A stretch of DNA of 64,000 bases, taken from positions 1-64,000 of IMG/VR virus record IMGVR_UViG_3300035498_000530. One strand, given 5' to 3'. This document shows positions 1-8,862 of the stretch, in pieces (positions within the stretch are counted from its first letter, which is position 1; each line of letters starts with the position of its first letter). The stretch comes from a virus (taxonomy: Duplodnaviria > Caudoviricetes). A program made the position numbers and the translations under genes. Below the pieces are notes generated by a model that made no database searches, was not told the DNA's origin, and saw only the letters and a program-made list of their open reading frames with translations.

Positions 1-138
1 ACCACTGTTGTTTATCTGTATATATTACTTATCCATACCTAGGAACATAGTAATTATACTATATGACAATACTATATAAGATACATGTATCTTATTCACA
101 GTTATAATATACAACTAATAATACCTAGTTTTACAAAA
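1..138. repeat. 138-bp dispersed direct repeat, copy 1 (may extend left of the window); copy 2 at 55293-55430
   Basis: Identical to 55293-55430 except g128/c55420. Contains TATATTAT on - (104-111), TATATTAC on + (21-28) and the perfect 20-bp palindrome ATAAGATACATGTATCTTAT (76-95). Confidence 0.97.
104..111 (-). promoter_or_regulatory. Early-type promoter motif TATATTAT (AR9-like virion RNAP promoter)
   Basis: Same motif upstream of - strand genes at 3912-3919, 8376-8383, 9957-9964, 19728-19735, 51710-51717 and 55396-55403. Confidence 0.7.
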
Positions 139-143
139 AGAAT

Positions 144-168
144 CCCAGTAGGAATAATTCCTACTGGG
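144..168 (-). terminator. Rho-independent terminator after the endolysin operon
   Basis: CCCAGTAGGAA/TTCCTACTGGG stem followed by a T-tract on the - strand. Confidence 0.85.
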
Positions 169-262
169 TTATTTGTATTAAAGATAGTTTGAAATGTTTA
201 TAATAAGATATTCCTACTGGGTTATTTGTATTAAAGATAGTTTGAAATGTTTATAATAAGAT
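157..262. repeat. Perfect 53-bp tandem duplication (157-209 and 210-262)
   Basis: ATTCCTACTGGGTTATTTGTATTAAAGATAGTTTGAAATGTTTATAATAAGAT present twice. Confidence 0.95.
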
Positions 263-518
263 CTTTTACATAGTTATTAGTCTTAGCAGCTTTGCTCCAA
301 AAACCACCATCTATGAATACTTTCTTTTCCATACATTTTCTAAGAGCTTCATCAAAGTCCTGAATTGTTTCTTCACTCTTAGTATTATTACAGATTGTAG
401 CAGCATTAATAAGAACTGTATCAAGATACTTCATTGTAGAAGCAGCCTTATCCCAATATGTTCTAGTTGTTACTACACCTATTTCAACCAATCTATCTAA
501 AGCTTCATTATATGTCAT
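231..518 (-). CDS. Stand-alone two-repeat protein paralogous to the endolysin C-terminal (cell-wall-binding) region
   Basis: YNEALDRLVEIGVV..YW...KYL...INAA resembles the endolysin repeats; GGAGG RBS favours ATG at 518. Confidence 0.8.
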   Translation of the reverse strand: MTYNEALDRLVEIGVVTTRTYWDKAASTMKYLDTVLINAATICNNTKSEETIQDFDEALRKCMEKKVFIDGGFWSKAAKTNNYVKDLIINISNYL

Positions 519-534
519 AACAGTAATACCTCCT

Positions 535-1404
535 TTAGACACGCTTAGCAATAGCAATTACTAAGTCTACAAGATATTTATTTGTTGTACAAGCATCTGA
601 CCAATAATCTTCAGAGGTAATAACTTTCTTCTCAACAAGCTTAGCCAATGCTGCATTAATATCCTTAATGGTATTAATCTCTGAATCATATACAGCATTT
701 GCAGCATTAATCATAAATGGACTAATATACTTAATAGTCTTTTCTGCATTATACCAGAACTGTGGAGAATTAATTACTTTAGCTGTTTGAAGAATCTTAA
801 TTGCACCATCATATGTAGTTACTTTAGTTGTAGCCAACTTAGCTGGTGTTTTCTTAGATTCAGTAACAGTAGATGTTGTAGTTGTCGTGGTTGTTGTAGT
901 AGTACCACTCATAGCAGCTTTAACCTGATTCTTGAATGTAGCAAAATCAGCATTAGCATTACTATTAGGACCATTTGGTGCCCACCATCTTGGGCAGCAC
1001 TTCTTTGTTACATCATAATGTCTTATAATACCTGTAACAGGATTAATGCTTCTACGTTTACAGATATCAGCACATAATGCAATAAGTGATGCTAAAGTCT
1101 TACTATTGAATTTACCTGTTGCATCAGGATGACAACATTCAATACTTATAGTATAGCTATTAGCACTATTTGTACAATATGAAATTTCAGTTTCCGGTAT
1201 CAATCTTAATATCTCACCATCAAGACCGATAATGTAATGTGAGCTAGCATATACTTTACCAGAAGCAAAATAATTTCTATTACCCATAGCAGATGAACCC
1301 GCATTGCCAACATAATGTACAGCAATCTTTGTAGGATTAATCTTAGTACCTGGTCTAGAATACTTATTTACTGGTAAATATGCATCAGTAATATTTAAAG
1401 CCAT
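535..1404 (-). CDS. N-acetylmuramoyl-L-alanine amidase (Amidase_2) endolysin with Thr-rich linker and two C-terminal repeats
   Basis: IAVHYVGN, SSHYIIG, ISIECCH and IRHYDVTKKCCP motifs; late promoter at 1434-1445. Confidence 0.92.
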   Translation of the reverse strand: MALNITDAYLPVNKYSRPGTKINPTKIAVHYVGNAGSSAMGNRNYFASGKVYASSHYIIGLDGEILRLIPETEISYCTNSANSYTISIECCHPDATGKFNSKTLASLIALCADICKRRSINPVTGIIRHYDVTKKCCPRWWAPNGPNSNANADFATFKNQVKAAMSGTTTTTTTTTTSTVTESKKTPAKLATTKVTTYDGAIKILQTAKVINSPQFWYNAEKTIKYISPFMINAANAVYDSEINTIKDINAALAKLVEKKVITSEDYWSDACTTNKYLVDLVIAIAKRV

Positions 1405-1433
1405 AAAGATCAACTCCTTTTAATTTAGGCTAT

Positions 1434-1445
1434 TACTATTATGTT
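1434..1445 (-). promoter_or_regulatory. Late-type promoter AACA-N6-TA
   Basis: Motif recurs on - at 3891-3902, 4779-4790, 8849-8860, 11707-11718, 13228-13239, 15088-15099, 16448-16459, 48681-48692 and 52481-52492. Confidence 0.75.
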
Positions 1446-1460
1446 ATTATACAAAAAATA

Positions 1461-1486
1461 ATGGCTAGGTAGTTACACCTAGCCAT
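1461..1486 (-). terminator. Terminator after gyrA
   Basis: ATGGCTAGGT/ACCTAGCCAT stem plus T-tract. Confidence 0.85.
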
Positions 1487-1490
1487 ATAA

Positions 1491-3869
1491 TTAATACTCT
1501 CCTTGAGAAAGTATTATACATTTGTTTATTGTATTATCGCCTTTGGTTTGAACCATCTTTGTACCAGAAGATATTGTACTTCCCAGAGGAATATCAGATA
1601 CATTAATATCTACAAATCCTTCATTAGTATAAACTCTGATTACTTCATTTGATGATACACCATAGATTGTATGAATCTTATCAGTCTTACCAAGTCTGGC
1701 TACATTATTACCAGCTCTTCTCTTACCAGTATTAGGTAATGCAGTAGGACTAAATCTATTAATCTTACCATTATTTGTGATTACTACAATATCAGTTGTA
1801 TTAGGAGTTATAACAGATATACCATCTATATAATTTGTCTTCATACAACTAGCACCCTTAGTATTTCTCTTCAAATGACTTATATCATTTACTGGGAATC
1901 TGACTGCCTTGGTATCCGAATATACTATGATATCTGAAGTATTATTCATGATTCTAACATCCTGAACATAATCTCCATTATCAAGCTTCATATATACAGA
2001 ACCAGATACAGTTACAGACAAGAAATCTTCTAAATCCATCTTCTTTATATTTCCAAGTTTACTTACTGTTACTAAGAAATGTTTATCAAGAAGTTTAGAA
2101 TATTCCTTAATTGTTTCTTCACTAATAACACAGCATACATCTGCTGTAATCTTTGATATAATTCTAAGGTCTAAACCACTAGAATTCTTATCAGTGAATG
2201 TAAGCTTATGAACAGGGATTTTATACATCTTACCTGTATTATCAAATACAATAATATTATCTGTATTAGATGCTTTAATAACACATTTAGTTGCATCACC
2301 CTTATATACCGTTATAGGATCATCTAACAGAATCTTCTTAATGAAGTTATTCTGTGTAATAACAATCTTAAATTCACCCTGAGGAATATCTGCTGCTGCA
2401 GACTCAGATATAACTTTACATCTTCTTGGATTACCATACTTTGCTTTGTAATCTAATAATTCTTCAATTATATCAGTAGATATCAAATCTGGATTATTGA
2501 TTCTTGCCATATAATAATCTATCTGAGATGTAAGCTTTTTAGATTCTTCATCATATCTTAAAAGATATCCTCTAGATAACCTCTTCAATGGTGAGTTTAT
2601 AATAAACTTAGCTTGAAGGTCTGTTATCTTCAAAAGCTTTATAAGCTTCTCAATAGTTTCATTATCAGAATCTACTGTTCCTTTTTGTTTCTTAATTATA
2701 TCAATAACTTTATCTATCTCTCCAGACTTCAATACTGCTATGAATGGTTCTATTTCATGAAGTCTTGTCTGAAGTGACTTAAGTCTATTACAATATAATC
2801 TAAACTTTGTTTCATGTCTGAAATCTATAAATGCTTGAAGATATGACTTATAAGACATTCTCAGAGGAGTCATACCATCAAGAACCTCAAAGTTAATTCT
2901 ACAATTCTGTTCCATATCAGTGTTCTTATATATTACATCACGAACAAAATATGGGTCAGAACCTTTCTTTAAGACATAGATGTATTTCAAATCTCTTGAA
3001 CCTAATTGGGTTTCATCAACTATATCTCTAATCTGAATAAGTTTATTATCCTTAATCAAATCTTCAACTTTCTTTCTTATACCCTTTAAGAAAGTTATAT
3101 CTGGTATAGACTTTATAGTCAAAGATGGATATCCATTATAAGTTCCAACTTCTATTACACCTCTAACTTTGTATGTTCCGAAGCCTTTATTTGATATTGC
3201 TTTGAAATTAGTCTTAACTATTTCACATCCAAAACAATGGTCTGGAATCAATACAACTTGAGATGTTGGATCTTTTATAAGATTTATAGTTGCATCTATA
3301 ACTTCATTCATATTATGCCTAGGAATCTCTACCTTAACACCAACACCAATACCAAAACTACCATTTATAAGAAGTATTGGTACAGCTGCTGGAAGAAATT
3401 CAGGTTCCATATCTTTAGTATCATATGTCGGAATCCAGTCTACTACATTCTTTGTTTCCTGAAGTTCTGATATTGCACAGTCAATACCAAATTTAGATAA
3501 TCTTACTTCAGTGTATCTTGGTGCAGCACATGGGTCGCCATCTATATTACCCCAGTTACCCTGAGGGTCTATTAATGGTTTATTTATTTCAAACCAATTT
3601 GCCATTGGTTTTATGGCACCATATATACCAGCATCACCATGTGGATGATATTTCTTCATTACTGTACCAACCACAGCTGATGACTTTACTTGAGTTGATC
3701 TAGATGTTGCTTTTTCATCATTATATAATGCAAATAGTATTTTTCTTTGTACTGGCTTCAATCCATCTCTATAATCCGGTAATACTCTATGTAGAGTTAC
3801 ATACGCTGCATAAAGTTCTTCGTCTTTTCTGGATTGCTTCGCAGTATTTACATCAATTATTTTTTCCAT
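1491..3869 (-). CDS. gyrA: Type IIA topoisomerase subunit A (GyrA/ParC-like) with beta-pinwheel C-terminal domain
   Basis: DGLKPVQR, HPHGD, catalytic AAPRYTE, repeated C-terminal blades. Confidence 0.95.
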   Translation of the reverse strand: MEKIIDVNTAKQSRKDEELYAAYVTLHRVLPDYRDGLKPVQRKILFALYNDEKATSRSTQVKSSAVVGTVMKKYHPHGDAGIYGAIKPMANWFEINKPLIDPQGNWGNIDGDPCAAPRYTEVRLSKFGIDCAISELQETKNVVDWIPTYDTKDMEPEFLPAAVPILLINGSFGIGVGVKVEIPRHNMNEVIDATINLIKDPTSQVVLIPDHCFGCEIVKTNFKAISNKGFGTYKVRGVIEVGTYNGYPSLTIKSIPDITFLKGIRKKVEDLIKDNKLIQIRDIVDETQLGSRDLKYIYVLKKGSDPYFVRDVIYKNTDMEQNCRINFEVLDGMTPLRMSYKSYLQAFIDFRHETKFRLYCNRLKSLQTRLHEIEPFIAVLKSGEIDKVIDIIKKQKGTVDSDNETIEKLIKLLKITDLQAKFIINSPLKRLSRGYLLRYDEESKKLTSQIDYYMARINNPDLISTDIIEELLDYKAKYGNPRRCKVISESAAADIPQGEFKIVITQNNFIKKILLDDPITVYKGDATKCVIKASNTDNIIVFDNTGKMYKIPVHKLTFTDKNSSGLDLRIISKITADVCCVISEETIKEYSKLLDKHFLVTVSKLGNIKKMDLEDFLSVTVSGSVYMKLDNGDYVQDVRIMNNTSDIIVYSDTKAVRFPVNDISHLKRNTKGASCMKTNYIDGISVITPNTTDIVVITNNGKINRFSPTALPNTGKRRAGNNVARLGKTDKIHTIYGVSSNEVIRVYTNEGFVDINVSDIPLGSTISSGTKMVQTKGDNTINKCIILSQGEY

Positions 3870-3935
3870 AATTGCAGTTCTCCTTTCGTTTACTTGACTG
3901 TTATCTAGTTTATAATATATAACCAGACAACAAAA

Positions 3936-3963
3936 TACCAGAAGACCATAAGATCTTCTGGTA
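3936..3963 (-). terminator. Terminator hairpin
   Basis: TACCAGAAGA/TCTTCTGGTA stem. Confidence 0.8.
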
Positions 3964-3988
3964 AAATAAAGGAAGTGTAAAATTGAAA

Positions 3989-4321
3989 TTACTTCACATA
4001 ATCAATCGCAAGAATTGTTGAAAAGTGTGTTACATCATTAGCGGCTTCTTCATCGCCTTCTGTAAGTGTCTTTTCACCAAAATCAAATTCAACTGTAACA
4101 GCATTAGGACCAGCTGGACCGATAGCAGTTACATTTGAAATATAATTAACCTTTACAGGCTTCTTACCACTTGGACTATCCTCTGTAGAACCAACGATAT
4201 CCTGTTTACTTTCGCCAACGATAGCTGCGAAAAGAATAGAAGCATCTACTGTTGCTACTGAAGATGTGCCGTCTTCATAAGTAGTTGCAAGGAATGGTGC
4301 ACTCTTAAGAATTGTTGTCAT
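3989..4321 (-). CDS. Hypothetical protein (possibly virion)
   Basis: ORF with AAGGAGG RBS, in a late-promoter unit. Confidence 0.75.
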   Translation of the reverse strand: MTTILKSAPFLATTYEDGTSSVATVDASILFAAIVGESKQDIVGSTEDSPSGKKPVKVNYISNVTAIGPAGPNAVTVEFDFGEKTLTEGDEEAANDVTHFSTILAIDYVK

Positions 4322-4338
4322 TTTAGTTTCCTCCTTAA

Positions 4339-4728
4339 TTATTCTGTAATTATATTAAAGTATGTAATCTGTGGATCTCTCTTAGGGCTCTTATTAACAC
4401 CAACGGAGATTCTAACAGACTTACCACTTGTTTCAAGGTTTCTAATATCTTCTACAAACTTACCATAGATAAGTACATCAAATGTACCTTCACTTTCATC
4501 ACATGAAAGTATTTTACCAATTGAAACTCTACCCTTACCATCTGCTGAAAGAAGTTTTCTTTCAATCTGTACAGGGATTGTAAAATTTGTGAAAACAGTT
4601 GGATTTGCTGTTATAATATCAAACAACTCATCTAAATTTTCCTGTGTTTCACTAAGAGTTAATACTGCCACCTCTGATGGTGGAAACTTAGTTGTATCAT
4701 TGTTTTTTTGGTTGAAATTTTTTCTCAT
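4339..4728 (-). CDS. Hypothetical protein
   Basis: ORF with RBS; late promoter at 4779-4790. Confidence 0.75.
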   Translation of the reverse strand: MRKNFNQKNNDTTKFPPSEVAVLTLSETQENLDELFDIITANPTVFTNFTIPVQIERKLLSADGKGRVSIGKILSCDESEGTFDVLIYGKFVEDIRNLETSGKSVRISVGVNKSPKRDPQITYFNIITE

Positions 4729-4816
4729 CTTAAATTTCTCCTTTATAAATGTATTATAGGATAATACTGCCTCCCATTTAATATTATGTTTATGTGGTAA
4801 TAAAAAATAAACCGTT

Positions 4817-4841
4817 ATGGGTAGGATAATATCCTACCCAT
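4817..4841 (-). terminator. Terminator after gyrB
   Basis: ATGGGTAGGAT/ATCCTACCCAT stem plus TTTATTTTT. Confidence 0.85.
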
Positions 4842-4849
4842 GATAATAT

Positions 4850-7168
4850 TTAGTTACTCATAATATCAGATTTATCTATAAGTTTTAATCCTTTAAGAAG
4901 AACCGACTTATCAGATTCAATTGATCTAATATCCTGAATCTCTGCTTCAATATCTTTAACGGTGTATCTTATAAGAGTTCTATTATCTCTTGATAATGTA
5001 GAATCCCTTAACTGATCTGGATTCATTTCACCAAGACCTTTATATCTAGTTAATCTAGCTGGTCTCGACTTGTTGAACTCGGACATTAATCCATATAATG
5101 AAGTTTTAACACCATTCATCATAAAGTATTGTTCTGATTCTTGTATATAATGCATAATACTCTGACAAGGTTTCAAAAGCATATCATTAATAAATACTGT
5201 TTGGATTTCTTCATTAAGAAGACCCTTTACAGTTATAATACCTTTCTCATTATATGCATCTAAGAATCTATAATTAGACTTAATAAGTTTTCTAAACTTA
5301 TCAAACTTAAGGTCTAAATTATTTAATATAAGCTCAAGTAAAAATGGATTAATGGCAAATGTATTACATATCTTATCAAATTCATATACAAAGTTTACAT
5401 TCTTATACAAGATTGTAGTTATTTCTGAATTTGTAAGAACTTTGCCATTCATATGAGCTATAGTATATTTGTTTGAGAAATCCTTCTGTACATACTTTAC
5501 GAAGTCAATCTCATTTACAAAATACTTCATCTTTCCTTTAATCTCTACACCATACAACGGAGGAACACTGGCATATAATCTGCCATCCTCAATTATAGGT
5601 CTAAGATATAATAAGAAGAATTTTAATAACAATGATCTAATGTGAGCACCATCAGGATCGGCATCTGTATCTATAATAATCTTCTCCCATGGAACTTTCT
5701 TAAGATCAAAATTCTTTCCATATCCGCCGCCAAATATATTTATCATAGCAGATATTTCTTCATTAGCTAAGAACTTAGCTTTTGTAGTTGAGAATGCATT
5801 AGGAATTTTACCTCTGATAGGGAATACACCTTGAGTATTCTTATCTCTACCATCAGTTGCTGAACCTTTAGCAGAATCGCCCTCAACTATATGAATCTCT
5901 TGTTTCTTCTTGTTTGGTTTAACATATTTCTCTGGCATACCTGTAATAACATTCTGAGAGATTTTATTATTTAGCTTAACTCTTTCTTTAGTTTCACTGA
6001 TTCTTATATTAATTACATCTCTAAAGTATTTACAGAGTTTTTGTAAGTCATTTGGATATTGTTTGAACCATAAGTCCAAATCAGATAATACCAATGCCTC
6101 AACAAATTTCTCCATTTCTGGGTTGCCTAAAATATCCTTAGCTTGTCCAGTAAAGTTTGGCTCAAGATGCTGAGCAGAAATTACTCCCTTAAAGCCAACT
6201 TTGATATCATTTACTGTACAAACAAGATTATTTCTTGATCCCTTAAGGAATATATTATTCATATAATTCCTAAAGTACTTACATACAGAATTCAATAATC
6301 CTGTCATATGAGTACCATTAACTGTTGGACAGAAATTAGCAAAGCCTAAGATTGTACAATCTGTATTATTCTCATTACAATCAAAAGTAAATACTATTTC
6401 TGAAGTCATAATTCCAGTATATCTGCTCAACTTAATTGGCTGAATTACTGGAGATTTTGTTATATCATAAAGATATCCTGTTATACCATCTTCATTTACA
6501 ATATCTTCATGAAGTTTCTTACCCTTCTTATTAATTGCATTGAATCCACATTTAGATCCTAATGGGGTAAGTCTTATAATAGAATCTATAAGATGATATA
6601 CTTCTTCATATGTGACATCTATATTACCCATTATCTCATAAGATGGAACAAATGTGATAATGGTTCCTTGTTTGTCATTCTTATTAGGAATTACTTCCTC
6701 TCCCTTTTTGTTAGGAATACCATCAACAAATCTAAGTCTTCTAGCTTCTCCTAATATATAGGACTCTACTGTAAACTCTGATGATAATGCATTAGTTACC
6801 TTAGCACCAACACCATGTCTACCTGAAGAGAATTCTCCTTCTTTCTTTACATAGTTTGATGATGTATGCTGACTAGCAAATACATCTATCATTCTACCAA
6901 ATGGAATACCTCGTCCATTATCTTCTATAATTACCATATTTGTTCTTTCATCAAAAGATACAACTATGTAATCACAAGGCGATTCATGTTTTACTAATTC
7001 ATCAATTGAATTTTGGAAAACTTCTCGTATCATATTTAAAAATCCAGGATTACCGGTTCTACCAATATACATGCCCGGAACTTTTCTTACGGCTTCAACA
7101 AAACTACTCAGAGTGGTAATTTCTTTTGAATAGTTTTGTATATTTTTCTTCATTATGCTGTCTTTCAT
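4850..7168 (-). CDS. gyrB: Type IIA topoisomerase subunit B (GyrB-like)
   Basis: EVFQNSIDE, DNGRGIP, GRHGVG, EGDSA, PIRGK, DADPDG, RYKGLGEM. Confidence 0.95.
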   Translation of the reverse strand: MKDSIMKKNIQNYSKEITTLSSFVEAVRKVPGMYIGRTGNPGFLNMIREVFQNSIDELVKHESPCDYIVVSFDERTNMVIIEDNGRGIPFGRMIDVFASQHTSSNYVKKEGEFSSGRHGVGAKVTNALSSEFTVESYILGEARRLRFVDGIPNKKGEEVIPNKNDKQGTIITFVPSYEIMGNIDVTYEEVYHLIDSIIRLTPLGSKCGFNAINKKGKKLHEDIVNEDGITGYLYDITKSPVIQPIKLSRYTGIMTSEIVFTFDCNENNTDCTILGFANFCPTVNGTHMTGLLNSVCKYFRNYMNNIFLKGSRNNLVCTVNDIKVGFKGVISAQHLEPNFTGQAKDILGNPEMEKFVEALVLSDLDLWFKQYPNDLQKLCKYFRDVINIRISETKERVKLNNKISQNVITGMPEKYVKPNKKKQEIHIVEGDSAKGSATDGRDKNTQGVFPIRGKIPNAFSTTKAKFLANEEISAMINIFGGGYGKNFDLKKVPWEKIIIDTDADPDGAHIRSLLLKFFLLYLRPIIEDGRLYASVPPLYGVEIKGKMKYFVNEIDFVKYVQKDFSNKYTIAHMNGKVLTNSEITTILYKNVNFVYEFDKICNTFAINPFLLELILNNLDLKFDKFRKLIKSNYRFLDAYNEKGIITVKGLLNEEIQTVFINDMLLKPCQSIMHYIQESEQYFMMNGVKTSLYGLMSEFNKSRPARLTRYKGLGEMNPDQLRDSTLSRDNRTLIRYTVKDIEAEIQDIRSIESDKSVLLKGLKLIDKSDIMSN

Positions 7169-7243
7169 TTTTAAACCACCTTTCGTAATACTTAGTAGTT
7201 ATATGCTAAGTAAACAAAAAAGTTTTGCAAGTTGCATTCAAAA

Positions 7244-7277
7244 AATATCAGGTATGGGTAAAACCATACCTGATATT
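7244..7277 (-). terminator. Terminator hairpin
   Basis: 14-bp stem AATATCAGGTATGG/CCATACCTGATATT. Confidence 0.85.
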
Positions 7278-7286
7278 ATCAGATTA

Positions 7287-8309
7287 TTAGATTCCAGTGA
7301 ACTGCTTATTTTGTTCCAATCCACTATTACTCTTATTATTAGAATTATTATTCTGAGTATTTGCAGAACTATTATCCAATGGATTTTCTGCAAAACCAAC
7401 TGGCATTGCCTGCTGCTGTTGAGCATTTGGCTGTTGACCCTGGAATCCCTGTGGCTGCTGATAACCACCATTATTAAACTGAGCCTGCTGCCAGCCCTGA
7501 GGCTGATTCTGGAATCCCTGCTGATTCCATCCCTGTGGCTGCTGACCCCAAGCCTGCTGAGGATAGCTACCTGTATTCTGTGGCTGACCCCAAGCTTGCT
7601 GCTGAGGATAACCCTGCTGCTGTGGATAACCGCCATTCATATATGCTAGTGCATTAGAATATACACTATTTGGATTATAACCATTATACTGTGGCTGCTG
7701 ATAATTCATACCAAAACCCCATGCTGGAGTACTGCCATAGTTATTTACTGCATTATTTAATTGTGTGAATGCATTTCCAGAATAGTTTGTAGAGAATGAG
7801 TTATATCCACCCTTAATCTTATCTGTTTCATGCTTTACAAGTGCGAATGCATCTGTAAATTTATTAACAATCGGTATCATAATTGACATATCTGATGATG
7901 CCTGATCACCAAATGAATGTGATATCTGATTGCATGATTTGAACCACTGAGCACAATCTGTAACTACATCAACAGCATTGTCAAGTTCTTCTTGTGTATA
8001 TCTTCCAATGTCATTGAAATATTCATTACAGATAGGGCAATACCATACACTATTATCTGCCGCATCACGCATCAAAGCTAACTGATGAGTATTAGGATCA
8101 ACATGTGTACAATATGCCTTTGCAATTTCTTCATCTGTCAAATTAAAATCAATCTTATTAGATTTTGATCTTAACAGCTTAATCTGATCGGCTGTCAATG
8201 GATTATTCATTTTTGGAGCCTGTGTTCCAGGTCCACCATATACCATCTGATTAGCCCATGGATTTGGTCCATATCCTTGATTTTGATTAAAATTGTTGTT
8301 AAACATCAT
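7287..8309 (-). CDS. Early protein with a putative Zn-binding motif and a Q/N/G/Y-rich low-complexity C-terminus
   Basis: CTH...CPIC; QQAWGQ repeats; early promoter at 8376-8383. Confidence 0.8.
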   Translation of the reverse strand: MMFNNNFNQNQGYGPNPWANQMVYGGPGTQAPKMNNPLTADQIKLLRSKSNKIDFNLTDEEIAKAYCTHVDPNTHQLALMRDAADNSVWYCPICNEYFNDIGRYTQEELDNAVDVVTDCAQWFKSCNQISHSFGDQASSDMSIMIPIVNKFTDAFALVKHETDKIKGGYNSFSTNYSGNAFTQLNNAVNNYGSTPAWGFGMNYQQPQYNGYNPNSVYSNALAYMNGGYPQQQGYPQQQAWGQPQNTGSYPQQAWGQQPQGWNQQGFQNQPQGWQQAQFNNGGYQQPQGFQGQQPNAQQQQAMPVGFAENPLDNSSANTQNNNSNNKSNSGLEQNKQFTGI

Positions 8310-8412
8310 TTTGAGTTCCTCCTTAGATTAATATTAAGTAATATAGTTTACATACCATTTCTGGTATTCAAACAAATAATATATATTTCAAAGTTATTTT
8401 TATATTAAAATA

Positions 8413-8820
8413 TTATTTGTTCTCTGATGCTTTTATTCTATCTCTATTAAGTTTGTCTCCAAAGAAATCAGTAGCTGCAATCAAATTATTTTTGATTGCA
8501 ATCTTTTCTTCATCTGACAATGAAACTATGTTGCTAGAAACAGAATCTGCTACTTCCTCTAATACTTCAGGTGTAATTCTTACATGAATCCATTCAATCA
8601 ATTCATACTGAACTACTGAAACTATCAAAGGTAACTTAGCCATTGTTTGCGGATCATGATTAGTCTTAAAAAGGATGACTAATTCATTATCATCATCCCA
8701 TTTAACTATATCATTCTTTTCCCATGCGAAATATGTGTTATTAAATTGGATAAGCAGTGGAATTTGACGATCTCCACATCCTAATGCTTCTCTTACTTTA
8801 ATTACATTTTCCTTGGTCAT
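8413..8820 (-). CDS. Hypothetical protein
   Basis: GGAGG RBS; late promoter at 8849-8860. Confidence 0.75.
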   Translation of the reverse strand: MTKENVIKVREALGCGDRQIPLLIQFNNTYFAWEKNDIVKWDDDNELVILFKTNHDPQTMAKLPLIVSVVQYELIEWIHVRITPEVLEEVADSVSSNIVSLSDEEKIAIKNNLIAATDFFGDKLNRDRIKASENK

Positions 8821-8862
8821 CGTAATAACCTCCCTTTTTTATTGTGGTTACTATGATGTTTG

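Noticed and set aside
157-262. CRISPR mini-array
   Set aside because: Two abutting 53-bp copies with no spacers and no cas operon.
7155-7649. ORFs 7155-7649 (+) and 7238-7636 (-)
   Set aside because: Shadow frames of the Gln-rich repeat region; no RBS.
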